Positions 1 to 8,555 of a stretch of DNA of 64,000 nt are shown in pieces. Under the pieces are notes generated by a model that was not told the DNA's origin, searched no databases, and saw only the letters and a list, made by a program, of their open reading frames with translations. The DNA is from a virus. The stretch lies in the IMG/VR virus record IMGVR_UViG_2848853605_000003. One strand, 5' to 3'. The translations under genes were made by a program, and so were the position numbers. Numbering within the stretch: the first letter of the stretch is position 1; each line of letters opens with the position of its first letter.

Positions 1-490
1 GGTCGACGTGCCAAACCCAGCCGCCTAGCTGCCGGATCAGATCGGCCTCGGCGGTCGGAATCGGCGCGCTGGCGGCGTAGCGCAGGCCGGACACGACGAC
101 CGGCGCCGTTGACGCTTCTATCCGTTCGCGCACCGCGCAGATGAAATAATCCCAGCCGGCCGTCGCGCGCCGGTAGTCGCCCCATTGCTGCTGGAGCCAG
201 CGCGGTGAGCGCGGAACGCGGCGGTCATCTGATTCTGTCCCGAAATCCCGCAAATTCAACCAGTGAAGGAAGCCCGCATCGCTGCACAGGATAAGCGCGA
301 GATAGACACTAGGCTCGTCTTTCATGTTCTGATTTTCGAAGTCATGATCATGGTCGGGGAATGCGGCGGACAGCTCCTCCCGGATCTTGTCCGCGAATCC
401 GATCTTCACGAAGCCGTGCGCGGCGATCAGGTGGTCTGCGATGGTGTCTTTGCCCGATTTCTTCGGGCCGGCGAGGCCGATTAGTTGCAT
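1..490 (-). CDS. Deoxynucleoside monophosphate kinase-like P-loop protein (runs off the window start)
   Basis: Translated manually, not in the ORF track. From ATG at 490: MQLIGLAGPKKSGKDTIADHL...FADKIREEL...SPRWLQQQWGDY...VVVSGLRY, a P-loop GxxxSGKD typical of phage dNMP kinases. Confidence 0.8.
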   Translation of the reverse strand, partial: MQLIGLAGPKKSGKDTIADHLIAAHGFVKIGFADKIREELSAAFPDHDHDFENQNMKDEPSVYLALILCSDAGFLHWLNLRDFGTESDDRRVPRSPRWLQQQWGDYRRATAGWDYFICAVRERIEASTAPVVVSGLRYAASAPIPTAEADLIRQLGGWVWHVD

Positions 491-531
491 GTGGTTCTCC
501 TGCGAAAGCACGTTAGATTAGAGCCTGCGAT

Positions 532-951
532 ATGATGAGCGTTTATTCTGCGGAGCGCGCCGTGACAAAGACAAAGTATCTCTCTCTTGTTGCTGCATAT
601 TTCAAGGGGGAGTTTGCCCGGCTGCTGGCGGCGAGAGATGCTGAATTGCTGGGGGAGCTGAAGGAAATGCGAAGCCCCGTTCGAGACGACCAGGGGAGGC
701 TTGTGTTCGATTTCCGGTTTGATCAGCTCTACTTTCTGCTGGCGCGCAGAACCGATATCGGAGATGAAGAACTTCCGAGTGCGCTTGGAAACGGCAAGGA
801 TGTGAGAGATTTTTGCCGCCTAATTTCCCGTCCATGGCCAATGAAGGAGTTAGAGCTGCACGGGCTTTCAATAAAGCCGGTTCAGCTGGCGCGCTCCACA
901 GGTGGCACCCTATACCGTATTCATTCAATTCACCCACAGCTGGGTGGCTGA
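532..951 (+). CDS. Hypothetical protein, counter-oriented moron
   Basis: 139-aa ORF filling the gap between minus-strand genes. Confidence 0.5.
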   Translation: MMSVYSAERAVTKTKYLSLVAAYFKGEFARLLAARDAELLGELKEMRSPVRDDQGRLVFDFRFDQLYFLLARRTDIGDEELPSALGNGKDVRDFCRLISRPWPMKELELHGLSIKPVQLARSTGGTLYRIHSIHPQLGG

Positions 952-1448
952 TACCGCTCCATCGCAGCGTCGATGGCGGCGTCTACCTCCTCCCTGTCGG
1001 TCGCGCGCTCGTGGAATACGGGTATTTCTCTATCCGTCCCACAAATTTCAAGCACAACGCCCCGATCAGTGAAGCATTCCCCGATGTAGGCATCTTGAGT
1101 CAGCCACCGATACCGCGCTGCGACACGCTCCAGCTCGGCGATGCGTGCGGCCTGGGCGTCGATGTGGCCGAGCAGCGCCAGGACGGCGGCCGGGTTGGCG
1201 GCGGCGATGTACGCGGCATTAGCGACCGACTCTGCCTGGAAATTGCTATTTCCCTCCAGCAGCACCTTGGGGCCAATGTCTGTGTCGATTACCACCTGTG
1301 AGCCGTAAACCGTAATCTCGTGCAGTCCATCAGGCTTGCTGCCTCCCGTGCGCCACGGCCCCGGCGTCGCAGCCTCGGCCGCCGCGCGCAGGGCGGCGAG
1401 TTGGTCAGGTGTCATCTTTGTTGCTTCCTTAAGGTAGAACTCGTCCAT
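930..1448 (-). CDS. Ead/Ea22-like phage protein
   Basis: LRAAAEAATPGPW...NAAYIAAANPAAVLALL motif. Confidence 0.7.
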   Translation of the reverse strand: MDEFYLKEATKMTPDQLAALRAAAEAATPGPWRTGGSKPDGLHEITVYGSQVVIDTDIGPKVLLEGNSNFQAESVANAAYIAAANPAAVLALLGHIDAQAARIAELERVAARYRWLTQDAYIGECFTDRGVVLEICGTDREIPVFHERATDREEVDAAIDAAMERYQPPSCG

Positions 1449-1891
1449 TACTCGGCCCCTTTCCGCGCGGCGGTTTTGCGGCAACTCGCCACTTCTCTAC
1501 GGCGCAATGCCATCTCTTTGTTGACGTTGATCCCGCCGAAGCCGTCCCCAGGGAAAATCGCCGTGTGGCAATGTGGGCAGGCCGGCACCATCGTCCGAGA
1601 GCGCCACGCCTTTTCCACCTTCCTGGCGGCTGTCAAAGAAACGCCTTCTTGCTGCTCCTTCTTCAGCTGCTCGCGTGCACTGCTCAACTTGTTCATTTCT
1701 TGGTTGTACCGTTCCACGATTGTGGTGAGCGCCCAATATGCGGAAACCTGGACGCCGCAATCGGAGCACTTCACCACGTCCCCGCGGTCATCCAATTCCA
1801 GCCGGTGATGCTTGCAGCCGTCTTCTTTGGTCCAGCGCAATTCTTGTGTTCGGCGAAGCGTCCACTCGCCGATCTGAATGACCTCTCCCAT
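1448..1891 (-). CDS. Hypothetical Zn-ribbon phage protein
   Basis: CKHH, CSDC and CPHC motifs; coupled to neighbouring genes. Confidence 0.6.
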   Translation of the reverse strand: MGEVIQIGEWTLRRTQELRWTKEDGCKHHRLELDDRGDVVKCSDCGVQVSAYWALTTIVERYNQEMNKLSSAREQLKKEQQEGVSLTAARKVEKAWRSRTMVPACPHCHTAIFPGDGFGGINVNKEMALRRREVASCRKTAARKGAE

Positions 1892-2862
1892 CACTCGCCC
1901 CCTTCCTTCGGCTGAGGCGTGGAGGCGAGCGTCGCATCACACTCCGGGCAAAATGTAAGTCCGCATGCTTCGGCTTCATCGCACTGTTTGCACCCGGGGG
2001 TTTTGCCGTACACCTCCTCCGGCGCGGGCTGATCTGCCGAGGATTCCTCGGCGGTTGCCGGCGCGGCTTGAAGCATTTCCCGAAGCGCCTGCTTCTGCAC
2101 CTCGGCGTTTTCCAGCGCCCTGCCAGCGTCGAACCGGCCGCCGACCAGTGCCCAGCTGCTGGCGAAGACTTGAGCCTGCTCCATCACCTTGTTGATCCAC
2201 TCTTCCGGCGCCGCCGACGTGGTTTGCAGACGGGTGTCAGTCAGTTCGTAATCAACGAAGCGGTCTAAGAGGGCGGCCATGTTCTCTTGATGGTCCCGGA
2301 TGGGAATCTGCTTGGTCTTGCCCAGCACCACGCCCCAGCAGACGTTTTCAACCTCTTCAGGCCAGCCCTCGGAAGCGAGCGCGCGCCACTCGTCAATGCT
2401 GTTTTCCGTTGCCGCGATGGCTTCGACCGCGGTGTTGAACCGTTCAAACCCGGTGTCGTCGTCGTAGGCAAAGAACTGGCCCTGCTTCTCTCCCTCCGGC
2501 GCGAAGGGGAGCAGTTCGACCGGATCGAACGGCAGCGGCTCGCCGTTCATCAGCGCGCTGGCCAGGTCCAGCACCTTCGCCGGCGCGTTGTAGCTTCCGA
2601 GGATCTGGTAAAGCGCGGCCGCGGCGCGCTGGCGGTCCGGCTGCGTGCCGGGCTCATCGTGCTGTAGGGCGAACCCTTCCAGGTAGCTTTCGCAGTTGCA
2701 CTCGACGACGTTGGATTCCGGCGCGTCCGGCGTGCACTGGCAGTACTCGGCGTCGAGCTTGTCGATCAGGTGGTTTTCCAGCTCGTCGACCAGCTCGGTG
2801 TGGGTCATGGATACGCTGCGGCGCTCGCCGCTGTCGGCGTGGACGAAATCGAAGCGGATCAT
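1891..2862 (-). CDS. Modular hypothetical phage protein
   Basis: Long ORF, coupled starts/stops, C-terminal CxxC pairs. Confidence 0.6.
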   Translation of the reverse strand: MIRFDFVHADSGERRSVSMTHTELVDELENHLIDKLDAEYCQCTPDAPESNVVECNCESYLEGFALQHDEPGTQPDRQRAAAALYQILGSYNAPAKVLDLASALMNGEPLPFDPVELLPFAPEGEKQGQFFAYDDDTGFERFNTAVEAIAATENSIDEWRALASEGWPEEVENVCWGVVLGKTKQIPIRDHQENMAALLDRFVDYELTDTRLQTTSAAPEEWINKVMEQAQVFASSWALVGGRFDAGRALENAEVQKQALREMLQAAPATAEESSADQPAPEEVYGKTPGCKQCDEAEACGLTFCPECDATLASTPQPKEGGE

Positions 2863-3176
2863 TGGGCACCCCCGGCCTTGATGGCTGGCCAAGTGTTGCC
2901 GAGCGGCGCGTCCGCGCTGCAGACGGAGCCGACGCCCTCCTGTTGATCGGCCGTTGCCTGGCGGTGCGCCAGCTGGGCGACGATGTCGTCGGCCAGCTGC
3001 GGATAACGCTCGCGGCAGCTGTCGGCGTAGGCCAGCGCCGCCGGGACGGCGTGTTCGTCGTAGGCGAGGTCCATCACCAGGTAATCGGCGCCGGCGCGAT
3101 CGCCGCCAGGCTGGTCGCGGCCGTCAGCGCGGGAGACGTGGAATTTCGGGTACAGGCCGGTGGTGCTTTGGTCCAT
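2859..3176 (-). CDS. Hypothetical phage protein
   Basis: GLYPKFHVSRADG...D.HAVPAALAYA; RBS AAAGGG before the ATG at 3176. Confidence 0.6.
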   Translation of the reverse strand: MDQSTTGLYPKFHVSRADGRDQPGGDRAGADYLVMDLAYDEHAVPAALAYADSCRERYPQLADDIVAQLAHRQATADQQEGVGSVCSADAPLGNTWPAIKAGGAQ

Positions 3177-3234
3177 GGGGTTCCCTTTCTGGTTGGTGTT
3201 TACGATGCGCACAGGGCAGGCTTGCCCTGTGCGT

Positions 3235-3603
3235 TCAGCCGGCGATGCGGCTGGTGCTTTGCTCGTAGATCTCGCGAGCGCAAGCGGTGATCTGCTCGAC
3301 GTCATTCCCACTCAGCGCCAGATTCAGGCGCTCAAATACCTCATTTCCGGTCCTGTCCTCGGGGATTAAACCGCGCTCGCGGGCTTGCTCCAGCAAGGCG
3401 TCGTCGCTGGCCTCGCTCAGCAATTCTTCGTGCTCCTCTTCGTCAAGATCGACATACAGCTCGACGGGCTCCTCGCTGAAGGAAAAGGACATCGGGGTGT
3501 TCAGCAGCGAGAGATCCAGATTCCGGCGCTTGAACTCGGCTGACAGGTCGCTATCGGACAGGACTTCGAACAACTCGCCTTTGGTGATGGTGATGTCGGG
3601 CAT
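3235..3603 (-). CDS. Acidic hypothetical protein
   Basis: 122-aa ORF within the operon. Confidence 0.6.
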   Translation of the reverse strand: MPDITITKGELFEVLSDSDLSAEFKRRNLDLSLLNTPMSFSFSEEPVELYVDLDEEEHEELLSEASDDALLEQARERGLIPEDRTGNEVFERLNLALSGNDVEQITACAREIYEQSTSRIAG

Positions 3604-3607
3604 GGTC

Positions 3608-4618
3608 TCAGCCTTCCTCGTTGATCCGGGCGCGGATCGCGCTGTATTTCTCGGTGTGGCCGCAGGGGTTTTCCCAGCCGTTGACGTTCAGCCGGCGGCT
3701 GCCGTCATAGCAGAGGGTTTCGAACGGTTCGCCGCGCGGGGCACCGCAGTACATGCAACGCCAGGGCAGGGTTAGCGTCAGGCGATAAAAGCCCTGATGC
3801 TCCTCGCAGCCGGGGATTGTGACGGTGCGGGTGTCGGTGCCGATGATGCCGGCCGCGTGGGCGGCGTTGACTGAGGCAATCGCCGCGCCAGTGTCGGGTA
3901 TCAGTTCCAGGTGGTGCATGGTGGTTTCCTTGTCGGGTGCCGGCGCGGCGGCGAGCATGCGCCCCCATACCTCGCGCTTTGCCCATTCCTCGTGGAGGTT
4001 TATTTCTCCAGCACCAGACCAGCAGGACTTGCGGATCATTTCCTCTGTCGGTTTGATCGGGACGAGCTGCCATCCATCCGGCACCGCTTGAACCTGTAAG
4101 GATTCCTTACCAGTTGCCGGCGCGGGCTGCGGGTGGGTGTAGAGCGTTTCCGCATCGCACATCGGAGGACGCACATCATGGCGCGTGTAGGTTTCCTTGC
4201 CATCGATTGTTTCGCCGGTGGCAACCAAATACACCGCCTCGCCGCTCTGTTCAACGTTTGCCCCAATTCGATACGTTTTTTCAAACAGACTTCTTCCAAT
4301 TGGGTATTCTTCCCCTTCTACACCACGCATGATCAAATCGTCAGACTGCAACGGAGTTATGCCTTCGCGCGTACTGACATGCGTTTCACCTTTTCGTTGT
4401 TGGCGTACATGCACAGTCACTGGCAACTTGACACAAGGCACCCATTCAGAGCCGATATCAGTCAAGTTGGCGATCTGCCCCTGCATCACCGCCTCGCCGC
4501 TCTGCTCGGCAGCGCGCACGCCGGCGATCAGCGCAGCGATGGCCTCGATCTGCTGCTCGATGTTGCCGCTGGCCAGAGCCTCGTCTACTGCATCGGCCAA
4601 CTGTGTCAGGTTACTCAT
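3608..4618 (-). CDS. Mosaic hypothetical protein with a PGDYG-like domain
   Basis: TREG...DDLIMRGVEGEEYPI...FEKTY; carries linker modules shared with other genes in the window. Confidence 0.6.
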   Translation of the reverse strand: MSNLTQLADAVDEALASGNIEQQIEAIAALIAGVRAAEQSGEAVMQGQIANLTDIGSEWVPCVKLPVTVHVRQQRKGETHVSTREGITPLQSDDLIMRGVEGEEYPIGRSLFEKTYRIGANVEQSGEAVYLVATGETIDGKETYTRHDVRPPMCDAETLYTHPQPAPATGKESLQVQAVPDGWQLVPIKPTEEMIRKSCWSGAGEINLHEEWAKREVWGRMLAAAPAPDKETTMHHLELIPDTGAAIASVNAAHAAGIIGTDTRTVTIPGCEEHQGFYRLTLTLPWRCMYCGAPRGEPFETLCYDGSRRLNVNGWENPCGHTEKYSAIRARINEEG

Positions 4619-5409
4619 GACTGCTCCTTTGCGGCGGCGATGGCGGTGTATGCATCACGCAGGTATGACAATCGTTCGAACTTGCCACCTGGTTCCAAAT
4701 CACTCCACGGCGCGATATCTCCGTTTTGGTGCAGACCGGCCACGCCATCGCTTCCTTCAATCAATCCGTCGATATCCTCGAGCAGTCCAGACAGCGCCGC
4801 CAGCAGTTGGTCGCGCTGAGCCTCTGCCCTGTCCGCGCGCGCCGTCTCGCTCTGCTGCATGGCCTTGGCCGCCTTGAGCGCGAGGGCCTGAGCGTCGTAG
4901 TCTTGCTGCATCTGGTCGCGCTTGGCTCTGGCTTCGTCGCGCTGGAGCTCCAGCTCATCGACTTCGCCGGCCAGTTTGGAGATCAGGTTCACCACGTCAT
5001 CAACCGACTTGGCGTACACCTCCTGCCCCATGCCATCCTCGCCAGGAACCACATCAACAAGGATGTTAGCCACGCTGCGCATGGCGTCAGGCACGGCTGG
5101 CGGCTGGGTGGCGTGGGCGTCAACGATTTGGGAAAGCTGCTCCTCGCTTAGCACAGCGTATCCACCAGAAATACGCACGTACTCCACCGACTTCGCCAGC
5201 GCCATCAGCACATCACGCGCCACCGGCTCACCGCTCTGCTCGGTGGCCGGCGACTGCATCTGTTGCCATGCCAGCGCGGCGCGCCAGCCCCATTGGGCAA
5301 TCTCGCTCGGCTCTTTGCAGTGAGCGATTATGTGTTGATGTATGCCTAGTTCCTGCCAGGCATTCTCGAACGCGGCGTCCGCCAGTTGGGTCAGGGTTTG
5401 CATGGTCAC
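4615..5409 (-). CDS. Mosaic hypothetical protein with coiled coil
   Basis: C-terminal SDGVAGLHxNGDxAPW module duplicated in 7738..8232. Confidence 0.6.
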   Translation of the reverse strand: MTMQTLTQLADAAFENAWQELGIHQHIIAHCKEPSEIAQWGWRAALAWQQMQSPATEQSGEPVARDVLMALAKSVEYVRISGGYAVLSEEQLSQIVDAHATQPPAVPDAMRSVANILVDVVPGEDGMGQEVYAKSVDDVVNLISKLAGEVDELELQRDEARAKRDQMQQDYDAQALALKAAKAMQQSETARADRAEAQRDQLLAALSGLLEDIDGLIEGSDGVAGLHQNGDIAPWSDLEPGGKFERLSYLRDAYTAIAAAKEQS

Positions 5410-5648
5410 TCCTCACTTCCATGTATCCGCTCAAATGCTGCTTGCGGATCGTTTGAGGCCAGTTCGGCCAGTTCAGGCGCGAGAGCATTCATTGCGTCCC
5501 AGGCCCAAGCGCGGTGTTTATGCGGGCAGTCGCTGAAATACTGGATGCTGACCAGCTCCTTCAGGCATGCGTGCAGCCGTTCGTCAGTGATAGGCGGCAT
5601 TTCGGCGCGCGGGACGTACTCGACGCCATCAATCAAAACGGTCGGCAT
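5406..5648 (-). CDS. Hypothetical protein
   Basis: VLIDGVEYVP N-terminus; RBS GAGGAG. Confidence 0.6.
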   Translation of the reverse strand: MPTVLIDGVEYVPRAEMPPITDERLHACLKELVSIQYFSDCPHKHRAWAWDAMNALAPELAELASNDPQAAFERIHGSEE

Positions 5649-5718
5649 ACTCTCTCCTCGCCCTGGTCGGGCAGTTTGGCCGGCTGATCAGGCAGCCAGC
5701 TGTCGTAGGGGCAGTCGT

Positions 5719-6066
5719 TCATGCGGCCTCCTGTTGCTGTTTCAGCGCGCGCGAGCAGTTGGCATCGTGCCACGCCTGGGCGTTCTGGCTGTTCAGCTCG
5801 TCCTCATCTGGGATCAGGCCGGGGTCGGACAGGGTGTTCTCGATCCACTCCATCGCGGCGGCCGCGCCTTGGCCGTGCTTCCACTCGATCCACGCGGACT
5901 GCATCGTGGTGATGTTGTCGTGAAGTAGCCACTGCTGTTGCTGGGCGGCCAGCTTCGCGCCGGCTACGAGGGCAGTGATTGCAATGGACATGCACTCTAG
6001 GCTGACGTTGGAGCGGGCGGCCTCCTCTACTGCTTCGGCCAATTTGATCAGAGGGTTCATGGTCAA
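5719..6066 (-). CDS. Hypothetical phage protein
   Basis: MQSAWIEW...AAMEWIENTL..PGLIP motif; coupled gene. Confidence 0.6.
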   Translation of the reverse strand: MTMNPLIKLAEAVEEAARSNVSLECMSIAITALVAGAKLAAQQQQWLLHDNITTMQSAWIEWKHGQGAAAAMEWIENTLSDPGLIPDEDELNSQNAQAWHDANCSRALKQQQEAA

Positions 6067-6572
6067 AACTCCGTCGAGGCGAACAGCTGGGGGAGCGTCT
6101 CGTCGGCGTCGACCAGCTGCTGCAGGCGCTGGCGGAATGTGATGGTCGGGCCGTTGTGGTTGTCGTCAACGTGAAACTGCAGGGAGTCCAGCTGCTGTGC
6201 GCTCAGCTCCTGGACGTTCTCGAAATCCTCCGGCATGGCTATTTCGCCGTAGAACTGGATCGCGTCCTCTTTGCTGCGAGCCGCTACCCAATCGCAGTCG
6301 TTCATTTCGAAAATACGGATGCCGTTGATGTGGTTCGGGGTCATGCTGGTTTCCTCGCTCATGTCGATGGTGCCGGCCGCGTGGGCCGCGTTGACTGCTG
6401 CCAGCGCCGCGCCGGTGTCAGCAGGCTGGCGCTTGTGCTGGCATTCGCCGTCATGACCGCAGAACTTCATGCCGGTGATGATTTGCGAGCAGATGGCACG
6501 CGGATGCGGCATGCCGTGGACTGCGCAAGTCGGCCGCTGGTCGGGTATCAGTTCCAGGTGGTGCGGGTTCAT
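6063..6572 (-). CDS. Mosaic hypothetical protein
   Basis: RBS GGAGG before the ATG at 6572; shares HHLELIPD and AAHAAG modules with 3608..4618. Confidence 0.55.
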   Translation of the reverse strand: MNPHHLELIPDQRPTCAVHGMPHPRAICSQIITGMKFCGHDGECQHKRQPADTGAALAAVNAAHAAGTIDMSEETSMTPNHINGIRIFEMNDCDWVAARSKEDAIQFYGEIAMPEDFENVQELSAQQLDSLQFHVDDNHNGPTITFRQRLQQLVDADETLPQLFASTEF

Positions 6573-6585
6573 GCTGCCTCCCATT

Positions 6586-6735
6586 TCAGTTTGGTTTGCA
6601 TTGGGTGTTGGTCGATGCGTGGCCTGGACGGGCAATCCCATGACCCTCCGCCAGCCACGCAGCACGCCAGCCCAGCGGATGCCAGGCCACGCTTGCGGCC
6701 TCGATGCCGCTGCATACAGAGCCGAAGCGGATCAT
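6586..6735 (-). pseudogene. Truncated DNA (cytosine-5) methyltransferase remnant
   Basis: MIRFGSVCSGIEAASVAWHPLGWRAAWLAE matches the motif-I N-terminus of phage Dcm, followed by unrelated sequence and a stop at 49 aa. Confidence 0.75.
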
Positions 6736-6860
6736 GATGAGGTCCCCTTGCAATACGCGCAGCGCCACACGCCCCCGGCCCCGCTGGGTGTTGCCACATA
6801 CGCGCCGCCGGCCAGAGGACGGCGCTTGTCGCAGCGACTGCATATCCGATACAGGCTCAT
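6732..6860 (-). CDS. 42-aa Zn-finger microprotein
   Basis: Manual translation MSLYRICSRCDKRRPLAGGAYVATPSGAGGVWRCAYCKGTSS; RBS GGAGG; stop overlaps the next ATG. Confidence 0.55.
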   Translation of the reverse strand: MSLYRICSRCDKRRPLAGGAYVATPSGAGGVWRCAYCKGTSS

Positions 6861-6916
6861 GCGTGCCTCCATGAAAAAAGGCCCGCGTGGGCCTTGTTTG
6901 GTACTGCTGGCGCGCG

Positions 6917-7396
6917 TTACGCCGCTTTGCCATTCGTGGACTCGATCAAATCCGCTGCCGCGGTCAGTACCGTCAGCAACTCGCCCCGCGTAAGCGCCGG
7001 GATGATCTGCCGTAGCGAATTGAGCGAGGCTCGGAAGGCCTCCAGCTCATCGGCCGTCGCCACGAACCGGCCGCGTTTCGAATACCGCTCAGCCAGTTTG
7101 GCGTAGGCAGCCGCCGCGATCTCGCTTTCCTGCTTGTACTGCCAGCCGACGAGTGGAGTAAGTTCGACGCCTCTCGTTCGCAGCAGCTCGCCTGCCATGC
7201 ACAAGGTCACATTCATTTCGTTGAGCCGAAGGAAGCCGTCCGTCGACAGTTCTCCGCGCATCAGCGCTTCGAGGTCGCGTGTAGGCTCATCGAGAATGTC
7301 GGTATCGTTTGAAGGGGTGTTGATGCACTTGCCCAGCACCAGCTTCATGCGGGTGAAGCTGGCGGGGCGGTGCTTGCGTTTGCATTGCTTTCTCAT
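6917..7396 (-). CDS. Hypothetical phage protein
   Basis: 159-aa coupled ORF followed by a hairpin and T-run at ~6873-6895. Confidence 0.6.
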   Translation of the reverse strand: MRKQCKRKHRPASFTRMKLVLGKCINTPSNDTDILDEPTRDLEALMRGELSTDGFLRLNEMNVTLCMAGELLRTRGVELTPLVGWQYKQESEIAAAAYAKLAERYSKRGRFVATADELEAFRASLNSLRQIIPALTRGELLTVLTAAADLIESTNGKAA

Positions 7397-7692
7397 GCGG
7401 CCCTCCGACTTTCTGCCTCCAGCTTCCAGGCATCGCGCGCCTTAGCCAACTCGGCGTTGCGCAGCTCCAGCTCCGTGACCTTGGCTGCCAGCTCCGCACA
7501 ATCGCCGGCGAACTGGCGCGCGGCCCGGTTCTGCGTTTGAAGCTGTTCCTCTTGGATGGTGATGGTGGATTGCAGCATCTTGATTCGGCCGTCCGATTGC
7601 TCCAGGCGATCAGCTAGGACGGCAATTATCAGCTGCAGGCGCGCGATGGCGATTTCGTAATTCATATTCATCTCCTGGCGCGCTTGCGCCAA
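7393..7692 (-). CDS. Coiled-coil hypothetical protein
   Basis: Heptad-rich ORF. Confidence 0.55.
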   Translation of the reverse strand: MAQARQEMNMNYEIAIARLQLIIAVLADRLEQSDGRIKMLQSTITIQEEQLQTQNRAARQFAGDCAELAAKVTELELRNAELAKARDAWKLEAESRRAA

Positions 7693-7737
7693 AAACGAAG
7701 CCCGCCGGGTGGGCGGGCTGTCATGGGGTGGGGTGGG

Positions 7738-8232
7738 TCATGCGAGGCCGCCGCCGTGCCCAGAGTGGCCGCCGATGGCGATCTTCCCGTACCCGGCCAA
7801 GACGGGCGGCTCTTGGCTGGGCGCGGGCTCGGCCTTTTCGGCAGCGATGGCCGCAACAGCGTCCGGCAGATGGGTCAGGCGCTCATATCGGCTGCCAGCC
7901 TCCAGCTCACTCCACGGTGCAACATCGCCATTGAGGTGTAAGCCGGCCACGCCGTCGCTCTCGCTCATCAAGCCTTGGATGTCATCGACCAAGCCGGACA
8001 GCGCCGCCAGAAGCTGGTCACGCTGATGCGCCACCGTCGAATGTCGGGTGGCTGGCACAAGTCCATGCGACACTTCGGCGTCGGAATAGCCCGCGCAGGC
8101 ATTCACGCAGGCCCGCGCCCGAATGTAGTCATCCCAGGACAGCCGGGCGATCGCAGCGCTTTCAGGGTGCGGCGTGGCCGGCTCGCAAACTTCGGTGAAC
8201 GGCGGCCAGGGTTCTTTGCTGTGTGCCATCAT
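7738..8232 (-). CDS. Hypothetical protein
   Basis: RARACVNACAG motif plus the duplicated SDGVAGLH module. Confidence 0.6.
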   Translation of the reverse strand: MMAHSKEPWPPFTEVCEPATPHPESAAIARLSWDDYIRARACVNACAGYSDAEVSHGLVPATRHSTVAHQRDQLLAALSGLVDDIQGLMSESDGVAGLHLNGDVAPWSELEAGSRYERLTHLPDAVAAIAAEKAEPAPSQEPPVLAGYGKIAIGGHSGHGGGLA

Positions 8233-8555
8233 GCTGCACGCCCAAATTTGCATTGCTGCTGAATGGATTCTTCGAGGTCTCGAACGCGCTGCGCCTGGGT
8301 GGAAATCAGTGCCGCATATGCCTTCTTGACGCCAAGTAGGATCATTTCACGGCCGCGCACCAGGGTTGATGCATAGCCGTTCCTCGATTCAATGCGAGCG
8401 ATCGCAAGGCTTCTGGAGCTGTTACCAACTTGGATGCTGATTTGATTCTGATGGCCGGAAAGAGAAAGAAGAGAGGCCTCTTCCTTCAGCTTTTTCAGTT
8501 CATCCCTTGCCGCATCCAGCTCCTTCAGTAAGCCGCAAATGTCAGCGGTATTCAT
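8229..8555 (-). CDS. Hypothetical protein
   Basis: 108-aa coupled ORF. Confidence 0.55.
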   Translation of the reverse strand: MNTADICGLLKELDAARDELKKLKEEASLLSLSGHQNQISIQVGNSSRSLAIARIESRNGYASTLVRGREMILLGVKKAYAALISTQAQRVRDLEESIQQQCKFGRAA

